NCBI GenBank assembly: GCA_030141605.1 | Contig: JAQGDQ010000088.1 | Span: forward strand, 558,001 to 622,000 | Direction: 5' to 3' | DNA: 64,000 bases | DNA from: Tubiluchus corallicola | Lineage: Eukaryota; Animalia; Priapulida | In this document: in pieces, positions 50,101 through 62,600 of the stretch | Numbering within the stretch: position 1 is the first letter of the stretch | Layout: each line of letters begins with the position of its first letter | The notes under the pieces: model-generated | Told to the model about the DNA's origin: nothing | What the model saw: only the letters and a program-made list of their open reading frames with translations | Database searches by the model: none | Made by a program: the position numbers and the translations under genes

Positions 50101-53100
50101 TCTTGAAAAAACAGTATGTTCCTTTTCAATATTTTAAAGAGCAGATTGTTTTGACCAATAATTTAACATTGGGTCCAGTTTTCCTTTAAGCATCACTAGC
50201 AGTATCAGGGTGGTGTTGGTCCCTTTACGTTCTCAATTCCACTATTTATTCACAAAAACTATAACAAATGGTTTGTGATGTGATTTTTTAGCAATGAACT
50301 GCTATTAATGCAAACTAACATTGGGGTGTATAAGCATTTATAAGCATTTTTTACAAATAATGCCCATATTTAGTTTGGATTATAGATTAACTTATAAGCA
50401 TAAATGTTGTGATGAATTAAGAATTAATTGAAGTCTATCCCATTAGCCTTCCCTACTAACTAGCCTACTAACTAGAAAGACAGTCAACTGATATAGATGC
50501 TTCATCATTATTTTTTGACAGCTGTGACAAGCGAAGTGAGCAATCACGACAACTAACTGATATTAGAGATCCAGTAAGATATGCCTCTAACATAATCATG
50601 AGTAATGTAATGTACATCAGCTATGATGGTTATTATTATTATTATTATTATTACGAGTTTATTTCGTATAAAAATTTACAAAAATAATCACTCTGTTTGT
50701 TTTCAAATAAAAAGAAGATCTGGCTTGATGATGTTCTAATCTGTACCAAATCCAGGCATTTTGTATTCCTACAGGCATTAAATCTCATTTGTGAAGACCG
50801 AAAATCAATTAAGATTCTTTGCTAAATGAATTATTATATGTGATGCCATCTTACAACAGATTAGTTAGCCTTAAAAGCAATAGCAATTTAGCAAATCTAG
50901 CAAAAGTACTCATTATCATTATACCAGATAATTGCAAGGCTCTGTCAACAAAAGAGTTTTCGCCCAGGTAATTTTCCCCTAGCTGCATCATAGCTTCTTT
51001 GTTGAAAGGTTCAGCTTCAAAACGAATATGACAAAAATTCTTCTTGCTCATACGAACACTGAGAACTGGACCACAGCGACCGAACACGTCCCTTATCATC
51101 TCCTCATCAGCTTTCTCTGGAAGACCACCAACGAAAACTGTCCTGCAACCAGGTGGACGCTCTCTAGTGGTTGGTGGTGGAGCAGCTGTAATAGTAAACG
51201 ATTCAAGTTCAGACAGAATAAAGTACTGCTATTCCTTCATAATAACTCATAAACCTGTAATATGTGACACTGGAAGGGTAGACTCAAAATCTCTTATTAT
51301 TTGTAAGCTAATTTGTTACTTGTTGACAAATCTTGCATTAATTATAATTGCTGCATGTCAAATAAATTAACTGCTTTTCTGGTTATAACTGAAGGAACAG
51401 ACGGGATACTCAATTATAACATGGTACAAAAGTTTACTAGTGGCCTACAAAAATAATCGTTAATCGTAATTGCCTATGACTACAAAAATAAATACTATTT
51501 CAGCAAGGGGCATTATTAAAAGTAGTGTTGTTAAGCTATATATACACAAAGAAAGCAAAAACTGTATATTAGGACTTGTTAAAACAAGCAACATAAAACT
51601 TGTGCTTGTTAGTTTAGTGTTAAATGACACAAGCAAATATACTAAGCCCTCTATGTATACAAGAATAATGTGCAAGATAAAAGAAATATGAAATGTATGT
51701 TGAACATTGGTAATATAATAACATTATAAAAAACAAAATGATGTCATCTGTCTGATATACTAGCAAAGTACAACGACATTTCGCTGCATTACACAGTTAC
51801 ACAAAATACCTTTTTGTACAAGGCAGATAATAAAATATTTTAATTTTTAACGGTTATTTAAAAATGCAGGTAAGTTATTTCTAAATTTACTAAATTTACT
51901 TTTTCAGTCTTCTTACACTAAAATACGAAATGCCAATTCTCTTCAATAAACCCTATCTTCCCGACTCACACCATGTTGTATCCCTTTTTGTACAGCAAGG
52001 TTGTGTGTTACTCTTAACCTGATTAAATCTTTCATAGCTTTTGAGAACGGATATCTTCATTATAAATTCCTTTTACATTTCACTCCCTACTATACATACA
52101 GTTAACATGCAGTAATAAGCAAACTTTGTTTAGTCAGTCAAAAATATTACTAATTACTGTTTTTATATCAGCAATATCACACATTTCCAATGTATCACAT
52201 GATTTTTAGCTGAGGAATCTTTTACTACAAATTTTTTTGTAATAGTTCAGGTAGTAACATCTGCCTGAGACTAAATTATTCCTAGTGAATTTGTTATCAT
52301 CTGTTGACATCACATATCATGACACTATACACAACTAAAAAAAAATTAACTGGCATACTTTAGTCATACAACTTAAAGCAGGAAAACATAGCTCAGTTAA
52401 AATGATATTACTTTCAATTGACCAACATTCACCTATCATACTCTTGAATATTCTCATGACAAATACAGCAGTTCTAATTAAAAAAAATCTAAGAGCAGGT
52501 ATAGAATAAGGATATTTCATCTAAGGTCACTGACCCGAGGTTGAAAACAGAAAACATTTCCTACACAGAAGTTGTACATTACCAACTTTGGCATGTTTAT
52601 GGCAGAAATACAATAAGAAGTGTTTGAATGGAAAAGTAAAAACAGCTTGGTGTCTACTAAATATATTATCTACCATACATATTGGTATTATAAAATTTAC
52701 ACACTCACTTTTTTAAACTGAATAAAAAATCTGCAAGTTCTCAGTTGCCAATTATTAAAAGTTAGCTTAAACTAAAAAAAGAGAAAAACATAGCAAAGTA
52801 GTAAAAAAAGTAAATTTATTATTTAAAATTTCCTGACAGTTATATTTTGAATATTTGCCAAGGCTTAATAAAAGTGACTGCACGCTGAACTACAACATTT
52901 TACAATGTACTACAGGTTGTATAGGACAAATCAAATTTAAGAAAAAATGGTCAAGATTTCATTTAATACTGTTACTTACTTGGATTTGCTGGAAACAGAG
53001 TGCACTCCTTACAATGAATAATTTCCTTTTGAGGAGGTGGTGGCATAGGTACACCAGGTGCACCAGGTGGAATGAATCCAAACTAATAAAGGCACAGATC

Positions 53101-56100
53101 AATTTAGGATAAATAAAAACATAAACTAAGACAAAAATAAAAACTGCATGTTGTTTAGCATCATTAAAGCAAGTCTGTGAGTCTTATAAGCACATACATA
53201 TGGCACACTATCAGTCTTCCACTTTAGAACAGTGGAATTCTGAGTTATTATATGTTCTTTTAGATCTCAGATACACCACATACTAAAATGGTAGATTTAC
53301 AGTGTGCCAAGCAGCATGCCTGTATTAATTCCAAAACTTCTGAAGCTTTCTCAATTTTGCTAATGTTAATTAAAATTACATCATGTATTATAATAATATA
53401 ATATTGTGCTATGGGTCTCTAGTACACATCATAATTATTTATGACAAAAACTTGGTAATATTGACACTAAATGAGTGCAAATTTAGGGGCCACTGGAAAA
53501 TGGCCCCCAAATGGTACCTTTTTTGGCACAGCACTACTTCTTTGTTGACATCATGTACATATTTTTCGTTAAGTTTACCTACTGTTGGTAAGTGATTTAA
53601 TAAGATGTTAAGCGAGAAATAAACCATAGTTTAGATATGCCTAAGATACACCATGAGCGTGGAAGAGCCACAACTGTGTCACATGCACCCAGTTAACATG
53701 TACAAAACAAGGTAGTTTTTATAATTTTCTTCTGACATTGTTAGTTGACTTAAAACAGTTCTCACCACAAGTGAAGCAATGCGTTTAAATATATTTGTTC
53801 AAAAGATGTATTAGATATGGTGTATTTGTTAGGATTAAACAAATCTACTGAGATTGCTCGGAGATTTTAATAACTCTGTAATAATGGCAATTGCTAAAAA
53901 ACCTGTTTGCAACTTAACATCCAACAAAAACAAGCAAGTTTCACACTCACTGGACAAATATAAACACAAACACAGCACAACATTTAAAAATTTAAAAGAC
54001 ATGTTCAACAATAAACACACCCACAATAAAATAAACTGCAAAGTGTTTTACTAAGAGGTAAAATTACTGGAATTTTGAAAAATATTTTGAGAAAGGCAAT
54101 CCTTACAATAACAAGTTTACGCAAGAATGTATGAAATTCTGTTCATAACTTGTAAAAACTGGCAAAACAAAGCAAAACCACATGTGAATTATTTAGCTAT
54201 ATATACACATCGTAACACACGAGCAGTTTTATTTTCTGCCAGTACTCAAGAAACTTGCTAAATTTTTGTGTACTTTCAAATGAACTAAATTCCACTCAAG
54301 CTCAAATTTCTGTCTGAGGGAACAAGCTTCTCAATTTCATGTGCATAAACTACTTTGAATTTTTTGTTATAATGAAACCTTGCTTTATCTACATGCTATC
54401 ATTTCAGAGAAAAACTAATACATTATTACTTAAGAATTATCCATTTTTGGCAAATCAGTATAACTTCTTCAAAATAGAATTCTACCTTGAAAATATTATT
54501 ACTTTATTTAGCTGTTACTTATGTGTGTTTTAGATATAAAAAAGGCCTGTTCAGTTTATTTGTAAGGTTAATTTTTAATACAAAACTTTGGTCTAACTCA
54601 TGTAATACCACATTTAAAGTGTTTTTCTGAAGTATTATTCAGGTTCATTAAAAGTTCACTAAAAATAGGGTATTTATGAATTTATGTTCAAACAAATAAG
54701 ATTCAACTGAGGAAGTCTCAACATTATGTATTCTGTACCACTGATAAAGCAGTATTAACATAGATAATAGATAGGCCTGACACAGGTAACACAGAGAACA
54801 TTCAATCTTATAAAAATATGTTATCATGAAGCTTAAGTAATTAGAATACAATGCTCCCTCGCTACTTCGCAGTTCATTTATCGTGGACTCGCTGTTTCGC
54901 GGGTTTTCAAAACTATTAATGTAAAATATTTATCACGGTATTTTTGCTGTTTCGCGGGTTTTTGCGGTACTCCGTAAAAAGTATTTTTGTACATGCGTAG
55001 TACATATTGTACAGTAATGTATAGATTTGATGAATTTTGCATAAAAATCACAAAATGTATAAAAATGTATTAAAAATATTAATTCTAACGTTAAAAGAAT
55101 ATTATAAATCATAAAAAATTACCATTTACAGTAAACAGTGTATTTACTCGGCGGATGAATACACACAAAAACGAAATCTAGTACTTAGATGCTACTTGCC
55201 GATGTGAGATTGTACTCACACATGATTGGTTGATTGATGGAAAGCGACCAACCTTTTTCTTAAAAGGTACATGTACAGTATGGGAAAAGTTATTAAGGGA
55301 ATGGGAAAGGGTTATGTATAAGAGTGTGGGGAGGGTTTATACAGACTTAAAATAATGTATAACTACTAAAATAAGTATAGCATCCCTACTTCGTGGAAAT
55401 TCACTGGAACGGAACACCCCGCGATAAGTGAGGGAACATTGTAAAAAATTCTAGTTGGCACAAGTTACAAGTTTACTGATTCTTAATGGTGTGCTTTGTT
55501 CTATTTTTACTGCAACCATTAAAGAAACTAAAGGTTTCCTCTTTTTAATTTGGTACACAACTGTTAGCAGTTTGAAATCTTGTAAAAAAAATATTTTTTA
55601 AATTATCGTAGGCTTATTTAGTATTTTAAGCAAGTTTAACATTAGATGCGTACCATTAATCTCAAGTAAGTGCTGATTTTTAAAGACAAATTGCATTTCG
55701 AAATATTGACTGAACAACAAATTAAATTCGTATATTGGAAATTAGTTCTGCCCAAAGTGAAGTCAAATAATAATAAAATTACATGTATCTCTGATAGAAA
55801 TATGCAGAAAACAAAGGCTAATAACATTTGAGAAAAATTTAAGTCTAAACTTCCGTGATCACGACATAATGCAAAAATTAGAATTTAGCTATAATATTTG
55901 AATCCATTTAATTTTTCATGACAGTTCATTTGTACAACTATATGGTACATTTTAACTGAACTTGTAATTTAAAAAAAGTAAATTTATATATACAGTTTGA
56001 GTTTATTCAAACACACATGCAGAATAAATGATTTCCTATTGAAATTTAGTAAAAACCACTTTTATGGTTACAGATTAATCTTCGTGTTATACTGAATTTA

Positions 56101-57517
56101 ACTTCAAGTTAAGATTTACACAATGTTCTTATGTTTTCAGCCCAGAAAAAATCTAATTTAAGGACATATTCTACCATGAATTAACATACAAAATATACTA
56201 GCTTACCTGTGGATTAAAACCAAAACCCATCATCATGGGATCAGGTAAAGGTGCTGGGATTCCAGGCTGAATAATACCAGGTGTCCAATTGGTTACGGGA
56301 ACAAAACCGTCCCTCTCTATACCAGGACCAGAGTTGTCACTACTGGGACTCCCTGGTCTGGCTCCAACATCAATATCAACTAAAGTGGGAAAATAAACAT
56401 GCTAAAGCTGGTGCATAATCAACAACAGATGGTGAGATTCTTGCCAGCAGGGGATTGAAGATAAGAATGAAAATAAAATTTACCAGCCAGTAGTTATGAC
56501 TTTAGTGTAATCTGAGCATAGTCTTGCTTTACAGTGGGCAGTTATTTATTGTTTTTATAATTTAGTCTTTAAGTATACAAAACACATCAAACTCTTCCAA
56601 AAATTGAGAAAAAAATACAAAAACAAAATGAAATAAGCCAATAGCCAAAAGGAAGAAATAAGAAAATGAAACCTAAACCAAAGGAAAGCTCAAAATGCCA
56701 AGGTATATAGGCAGATCTAGCTAAACTCAGAGATAATAGGAAGACACAATGTTAGAGTTTCTCAGTGACAAACAAGTGGATGAATAATTTTGTCGTAGCA
56801 AGACTATATAATTTTTAGCATTTACAACGCGCGCATTGTTCACACAAATGGCTTGTGCCATCTGGGTTTGATACCCGCTTTGGACAGTTTCATTCATTAT
56901 ATATTAATCTGGCTGTTTGCCTTGTAGAGGACAGGTGCTTATACACCAGAACCTGGCTGTAACACCTCTGCTTGTTTAGAGGCTCTCCTTAGTGATATTC
57001 TTGATAATGAGGTAAGCTCTAGTCATGCGAAAAATACCATATTGCTCTACCATTGAATGCTGCTGGCTTCTGGCTTGCAGCATATCCAAACGTAAAAATA
57101 AATAAATGCATAAATAAATCAATGGAAGAATAAGGCATATGAAAATTAGCCTCAATCTAAAAAAGTTTATTGAATTTATCTTGGACAATTTACATATTTT
57201 AATGGTTCTAAGATGAAGACAGAAATGAAGAAAGACAAAAAACATCAGAGAAACAAAGAAACTAAAAATGAAGGGAAAACAATATTAAAATGGGATAAAT
57301 TAAGAAAAAAACAAAATAGAAAAGAAGGGGAAAGAAAAAAGGAAACAAGCCACCAGAAAAAATAAAACACAAAAACGGAAAGAATCAAGCCACAAAAAGG
57401 AAAAAAATGAAAAAAAAGGAAAGCAGAAAGATCAAGAGAAAGATCAGCAAAGAGAAAAACATTTGTTTTACCTCTGTGACGCATGGTGTCATCTTGACGA
57501 GCAACACTTCTTTGCAT
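38125..57517 (-). CDS. ENOX1: Ecto-NOX disulfide-thiol exchanger family protein (ENOX1/ENOX2 co-ortholog): RRM, coiled coil and conserved C-terminal domain, about 642 aa
   Basis: Exons 57472-57517 (start exon, least certain), 56207-56379, 52980-53082 (KEIIHCKECTLFP), 50925-51185 (RERPPGCRTVFVGGLPE...KKNFCHIRF), 49143-49376 (GRLHVDFAQARDDLYEWEC), 48450-48662 (SANSFYSMIQSTNSHVRRL), 44845-44951 (QKAWDHFSKAQRKNID), 42120-42261, 41461-41537 (LKEEND), 40062-40175, 39383-39436, 39078-39264 and 38125-38342 (FLHVHPFGA...GVGASLERRW). All GT-AG and in phase; 1929 nt. Invertebrates have one gene co-orthologous to ENOX1 and ENOX2, so the symbol is nominal. Confidence 0.93.
40596..41433. mobile_element. 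hAT-like non-autonomous element in ENOX intron
   Basis: CAGGGCCGGCT ... AGCTGACCCTG TIRs, subterminal GGCGCCCC/GGTGCCCC motifs, imperfect 8-bp TSD ACCTTTTT / ACTTTTTC. Confidence 0.75.
41737..41943. repeat. Tandem duplication, 100-bp unit x2
   Basis: TTAAACTAGTTATTCATGGATCTACCC...TTTTGAAAA at 41737 and 41837; the copies differ at only 2 positions. Confidence 0.95.
54849..55441. mobile_element. Tigger/pogo-like non-autonomous DNA transposon
   Basis: TA|CAATGCTCCCTCGCTA ... TAAGTGAGGGAACATTG|TA: TA TSD and TIRs, with subterminal TTCGCGG repeats. Confidence 0.85.
56830..57115 (+). mobile_element. Possible tRNA-derived SINE
   Basis: B-box-like GGTTTGATACCC at about 56865-56876, a body of about 200 bp, and an A-rich tail GTAAAAATAAATAAAT at about 57092-57107. 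Confidence 0.4.
57235..57460. repeat. A/G-rich low-complexity tract (U/C-rich on ENOX sense strand)
   Basis: About 220 nt dominated by GAAA/AAAG units; source of the Phe/Leu-rich tail of ORF 57245-57517. Confidence 0.8.
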
Positions 57518-59105
57518 ATCAACAGGTTGATACGATAAAGAGGCCTTGCAAACTCACTATTTACTGATAAAAATCAGCAACCTTTAATCAGTGATACAAT
57601 CACAGGCAACTTTGTACCAGTGCTTCAATAACTATTACAGTCTGTAAAATAGAAAATAGAAATCTGGTGATGTGTTATACTCAAAAAATCAAAAGTGCAA
57701 CTTCTTGTTCACATAATCACATCAATAAGGAGTTGCTTTCTTGCAACTGCTATAACGTACATAGAAAGAATTAGAAAAAATAAATTACATTTGTCTACTA
57801 GAAAGTAAAACGTGAAAATAATTTCCTCAGTACATATTCAGCGTGCTCTATTTTTTCGATGTGATGATACTGCCAAAGAACCAAAAAATCCAAATACAAC
57901 AAAAGGTGATAGCATAAAACCAGATGCTCTAACGTGGCTTAGTTAATATAAAATAATGATAATGTACTACATACAGAACTTCATGCTAAAGAAACACAAG
58001 CAAAAGAAAAGAAAGAAAGAGGCTAGACTGGCTGGTCCAGAATATCATCAAATTAGAGGTGAAAACCAGAAAACACGATCCTGATTATTATGAGTCCTGG
58101 ATCCTGTTAAACACTTATTCATTCTTACTAATACACAACAAATAGGGAATGCTACTAAGTGGTCGCCGTCATCAAATTGTATTGTTAAACTGGTATCTTT
58201 GAAATATTTCTAATTTGAAACATTTCTAATAAAAAACCAAACAAAGTGACTAAATATTGATTCATTACTAATTTCGTTGTATAATATTGGCACATTATAG
58301 GTAATGAACTGTTATGCAATGTTTGCTCAGCAAAACAATTTCAATTTTAAAAATTTTCAAACAGATTAATATAGCTGATTTATCAGCCCTATAAGCTGCA
58401 AATAAAGTCTTGTTGTTAAAGGATTCAGTTTGTGTAACTATTCAAATTGTATAATCAAAAGTTGACAAACTAACTACATTAGTAAGAGGTAATTCATATG
58501 GAAAAATTTATTAACTGGTACAGGCTTATATCAGTTTTGCCCATTTGTAGCCTTTCAGCATTGACACGATTCTGTGTTAAGGCATCAATTTATTTACTCA
58601 TTTATTACAGTTTCAGGCTGGATATTCAAAGTTAAAAATGCATTATATGAAGCCACTTTTATTTCACTTACCTCTCTGTGAGTATGGTGCACTGGAAACT
58701 TTGGAACTAGCACGCACGTGAAAATTTTAGAAAAATAAGTGCATTATATTGTCCACCCAAATGGATAAAGATAAAGATAAGATGCAAAAAGATAAAATTA
58801 GTTATTTCTTGTGATTTTGTTTGCCCCACTTACATCGAAAAAGTCAACAAATGTGAGTGAATTCTCTGAACTGCATTATTTCATAAAAAATCATGCCTTT
58901 ACTGCAATATTTGAGTCAAGTGATTGATTAGGGAAACCGTTATAAAACTGTTTGTGAGTCTCCAAATTACTGAGACACATAAAAAACAAAAACTATAAGA
59001 ATGTATTTGTGAGAACTCTTGAGCTATAACTCAATCTTGTAGTGCCAAAATATAATACTGGCCATGTACATTTGCAGACATACAATCAGAAAATTTTATG
59101 CACAT

Positions 59106-59573
59106 CAGAGATGCATGGGTCCACAAATCTGCAAAGTCCACAAAGATCAGTTCTGCAGCTCCGCGAGATCTGCAGACCTTACACAATAGCTTGCTCTGCG
59201 ACTCCGCTGGGATCCGCCACAAAAATAGGAATAATTTCTAAAACTGGGATATTTTTTACCTGGATTAATTCAATATTTTCCCCAGGGAACTTGTGTGCAT
59301 TAGAAAAAATGCGACAAAAAATGTTATTCCTAATTAAGTGTCTACATATGTACAAATCACTATTTTAAAGAGTTGCTAAAAGGCAACTAAAGGTTTAGTA
59401 TCAGGTGAAGCCAACCACTCAGTAAAGTTCTAGTTATGCACGTTTTGACCTTGTGCATTAGAAAAAACTCGAATAAGCATCCAGAAAACTAAATTACACA
59501 AGTTTTGAAGCCGGATCCTCAAACAGTACTTAAGAATACGATAAATCCAATATTCCCGAATCATGCATAGCTG
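59106..59573. mobile_element. hAT-like MITE
   Basis: CAGAGATGCATG ... CATGCATAGCTG inverted termini (10/12 match) with internal GATCC/TCCGC repeats; no clear TSD. Confidence 0.5.
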
Positions 59574-59642
59574 ATTTTTCTTCAATAACACTATCTCTCA
59601 GGTAATAATGCATTGTAGAATTAGAATGCATACACAATCAGG

Positions 59643-62600
59643 TCTCTTCTTTTTCTTCGTGATAATACGTTAACTTCATCAAATTGAAGGCTCTAACACA
59701 TGGCTGTGCTTTCAGCCTGTGAATGTCGTGCTAGTGTGAAGCTTCATCCAGTGCAAATAAAAAACATTTTACAGTGATGCACAACAAAAGAGGTAGTAAT
59801 ATCCCCAAGCTTCACAAGGTAGGGGCGCCACACCCTACACCGCATTCAACATGCAGTGGAGTACCTTAATCCAGTTTAAATCGAGCGTATGGCACTCCTG
59901 AAAAATAAGTGCCAAGCTGGACTGTTGACTCTGGTAGGTGGTTCCATTCCCCTTGCCGTGCGTGTGAAAAAAGAGTGAAGGTGATAATCGTAAGAAGAAT
60001 ATGGTATGTTGTATACAAATTCTTCATACATGAAGGAATAGTGTGACATTTTGGCTGGAGAGGCATGTCGACAGCTACCAGGTGGTTGTGGATTTTGTAA
60101 AACATTACAAGCCTAGCCATCCTGTATCGCTTGGCTAGTGGGCACCTGTTCAGCTCTGTCATCATGGCAGTCACAGTTCTCAAATAGCGGTTCAAGGCAA
60201 ACCTTGCAGCTCTTCTCTGAACTGATTCCAACTTTGTTACTACACCGACAGTGTGTGGCCCCCAAGCAATCTGGTAATACTCAAGCTCACAAGGCTCACG
60301 TGTGCTCGTTCTTTAATATGTATATTGTTAACACCAATATTTCGTCGTAAAAAGCGAAGAGTAGAGTTAGCTTTAGCTGTAATGCGATCTACGTGGTTAG
60401 TCCACCTGAGAGCACAAGAAATATTGATGCCAAGGTACTTGACTGAGTCCACATGCTTTGGCAGATGTCCTTGAAGCATATATTGGTATCTCAGTGGGTT
60501 TCCTTTCCTTATTACACCGATGATCTCACGCTTGTCAGGATGAAATTCCATCTTCCATTTGCCTGACCAGGCTACAAGATCATCCAGATCCTCTTGAAGT
60601 ATTCTAGCATCTTGTTCATATTTTACTGTTAAGTAAGACACAAAGGTCTGTCTGTAAGCCTAGCTGCATATTTGGTGCTATATTGTTGACCAGTTCGATC
60701 AGTTGTGCTCCACATGACCAATTGGGGTGAAAACCATGTTGTAATTGATAAAATATGTTATGCCTGTCAGTGTGACACACGAGAGAGCTGTAGATAATAT
60801 GTTCCATAATTTTAGATACTATACTACTTAGGCTAATAGGATGGAAATTTGAACAAAGATATTTTTGATCTTTTTAAAGATAAGGGTGACATTTGCATGC
60901 TTCCCAATTTGTAGGGACTACTCCAGATGATAATGATTTGCAAAAGGTGTAAGTAAGTGGGTCAGCCAACTCATTACTTAGTTCCTTCAATGGGGACTAA
61001 GGCTGTCAAGACCCAATGCTTTAGCAGGATTTAACTTCTTTAGCAATTTTAATACAGCTAGAACTGTTATACTAATTTGAGGTATAGATGGAACAGAGGG
61101 AATCACACGATTACTGGAGGTGCCAGTCTCTCTGGTAAATACACTCTGGAACTGATTGTTCAACTTTGCCTTTTGGATCAGCAATAAGCTTGCCATCTAC
61201 TTTTACGGGTGTAACTCCATCGAAATCTACAGCTTTATGTTTGGTAGATGTATAGAGACGTTTCATTCCGGAAAAAGCACTAGTGTCTGACTAATGTGGA
61301 GTAATGATTTCACTGATATAAGCCCAGCATGCAAGGCGAATATTCTGTTGGACTTCTTTCTTCTAAGCTAAAAACCTGTGCTCGGCTTATGTACTGCCAG
61401 TATTCTTACTAATCGAATATGCTCTATCTTTAAGTCAGATTTTCCTTTTGAGCGCATTGTTAATCCATGTCTGGCTGGCTTGGGTCTTGGTAGTTTTGTA
61501 TGAGATGAAAATGTTAATACCTTCATGCAACTTGTCCTTGAGCAGATTCCACAGTTCAACGGCTGTATGCACTGATACAATATTACTTGTGTTACTGATA
61601 CCTGTTTGATAAAATATCAATAACCATCCCAGTTGCCTTTATAAAATAGTGGAATCAGACGCGCAGTTTGTTTCCTTCTAGTTGGTTTAATATTAAGCTC
61701 CGTGTAAACTATGTCGTGGTCTGATATAGATGGAACAGATATAGATATATCTTGATATACCAGATATACCTTGAAAATTTGTTTGGTCAATGGTGATAAC
61801 AAGATCAAGAATTTTATATTGGCGAGTAGCGACATTCACTTTTTGTGTGAGACCATGATCACTAATTAAACTGTCAAACTTGTTATGCAGGTTTACATAT
61901 GGACATGATTGTTTTAATGTCCCGTTAGGCCAGTCAAATCCTGCAAAATTAAAATCCACACCTAAAAGAAATGGGTTTCTCCTTTTATCAGCAATGTTTT
62001 GAAATGCAGAGTCATTACTCAGTTTCTATTGTGTCATTATCACTAACCTTGGCAGGATAACATCCACCAAAATACAGATTTTTGCAGCCTTTTATACACA
62101 CTTTAACCTACACCATTTCAGCCAATTCTGTCTCAAGGTATTCTTCACTGGAGCTGTCAAAATCTCTATTTACAGTCACAGACACGCCATCTCCACCAAG
62201 ATTTCCACCTCTATCTCATCTGTACACAGAAAAATGATCAAGGCTGAAATATTCTGCATTGTGTATTTGGCTTGCAAACCAAGTTTCGGTTAAGAATTCT
62301 ACATCTGGGTTCATCTTGTCCACTAAGTTGTAAAACAATGGTGTTTTTGCCTTGTTTAAAAACCCACCTAACCTTTGCTATAATAAATAATGTCTTCTCT
62401 GGGAGCAGACATATTTGTTTGTGAAAACTAACTATGCAACCCGCCGATAGAGGGCGCGCAACGAGAAAATCACGCCAATTGAGAGCCATTGGGATGTTCG
62501 ATAAACAAATTAATTTATCGGCGATCATTTTTAGTAGAACTTGAACAATCATAAGTATTTGCTCAAAACGCCGATTTCACATGCAGTATAGTATCACTTA

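Noticed and set aside
53481-53512. GC-rich hairpin ATTTAGGGGCCA-CTGGAAAA-TGGCCCCCAAAT
   Set aside because: Intrinsic terminators are irrelevant in this eukaryote. There is no CTRR end to support a Helitron terminus, so it is probably a MITE scar.
53518-53582. Possible ENOX cassette exon (AG...AAG|GTACCA)
   Set aside because: Weak splice sites and an in-frame stop in the required phase, with no other support.
57245-57471. Phe/Leu-rich 'membrane protein' tail of ORF 57245-57517, and adjacent ORF 56976-57245
   Set aside because: Low-complexity intronic pyrimidine tract downstream of a splice donor; only the first 46 nt of ORF 57245-57517 are plausibly exonic.
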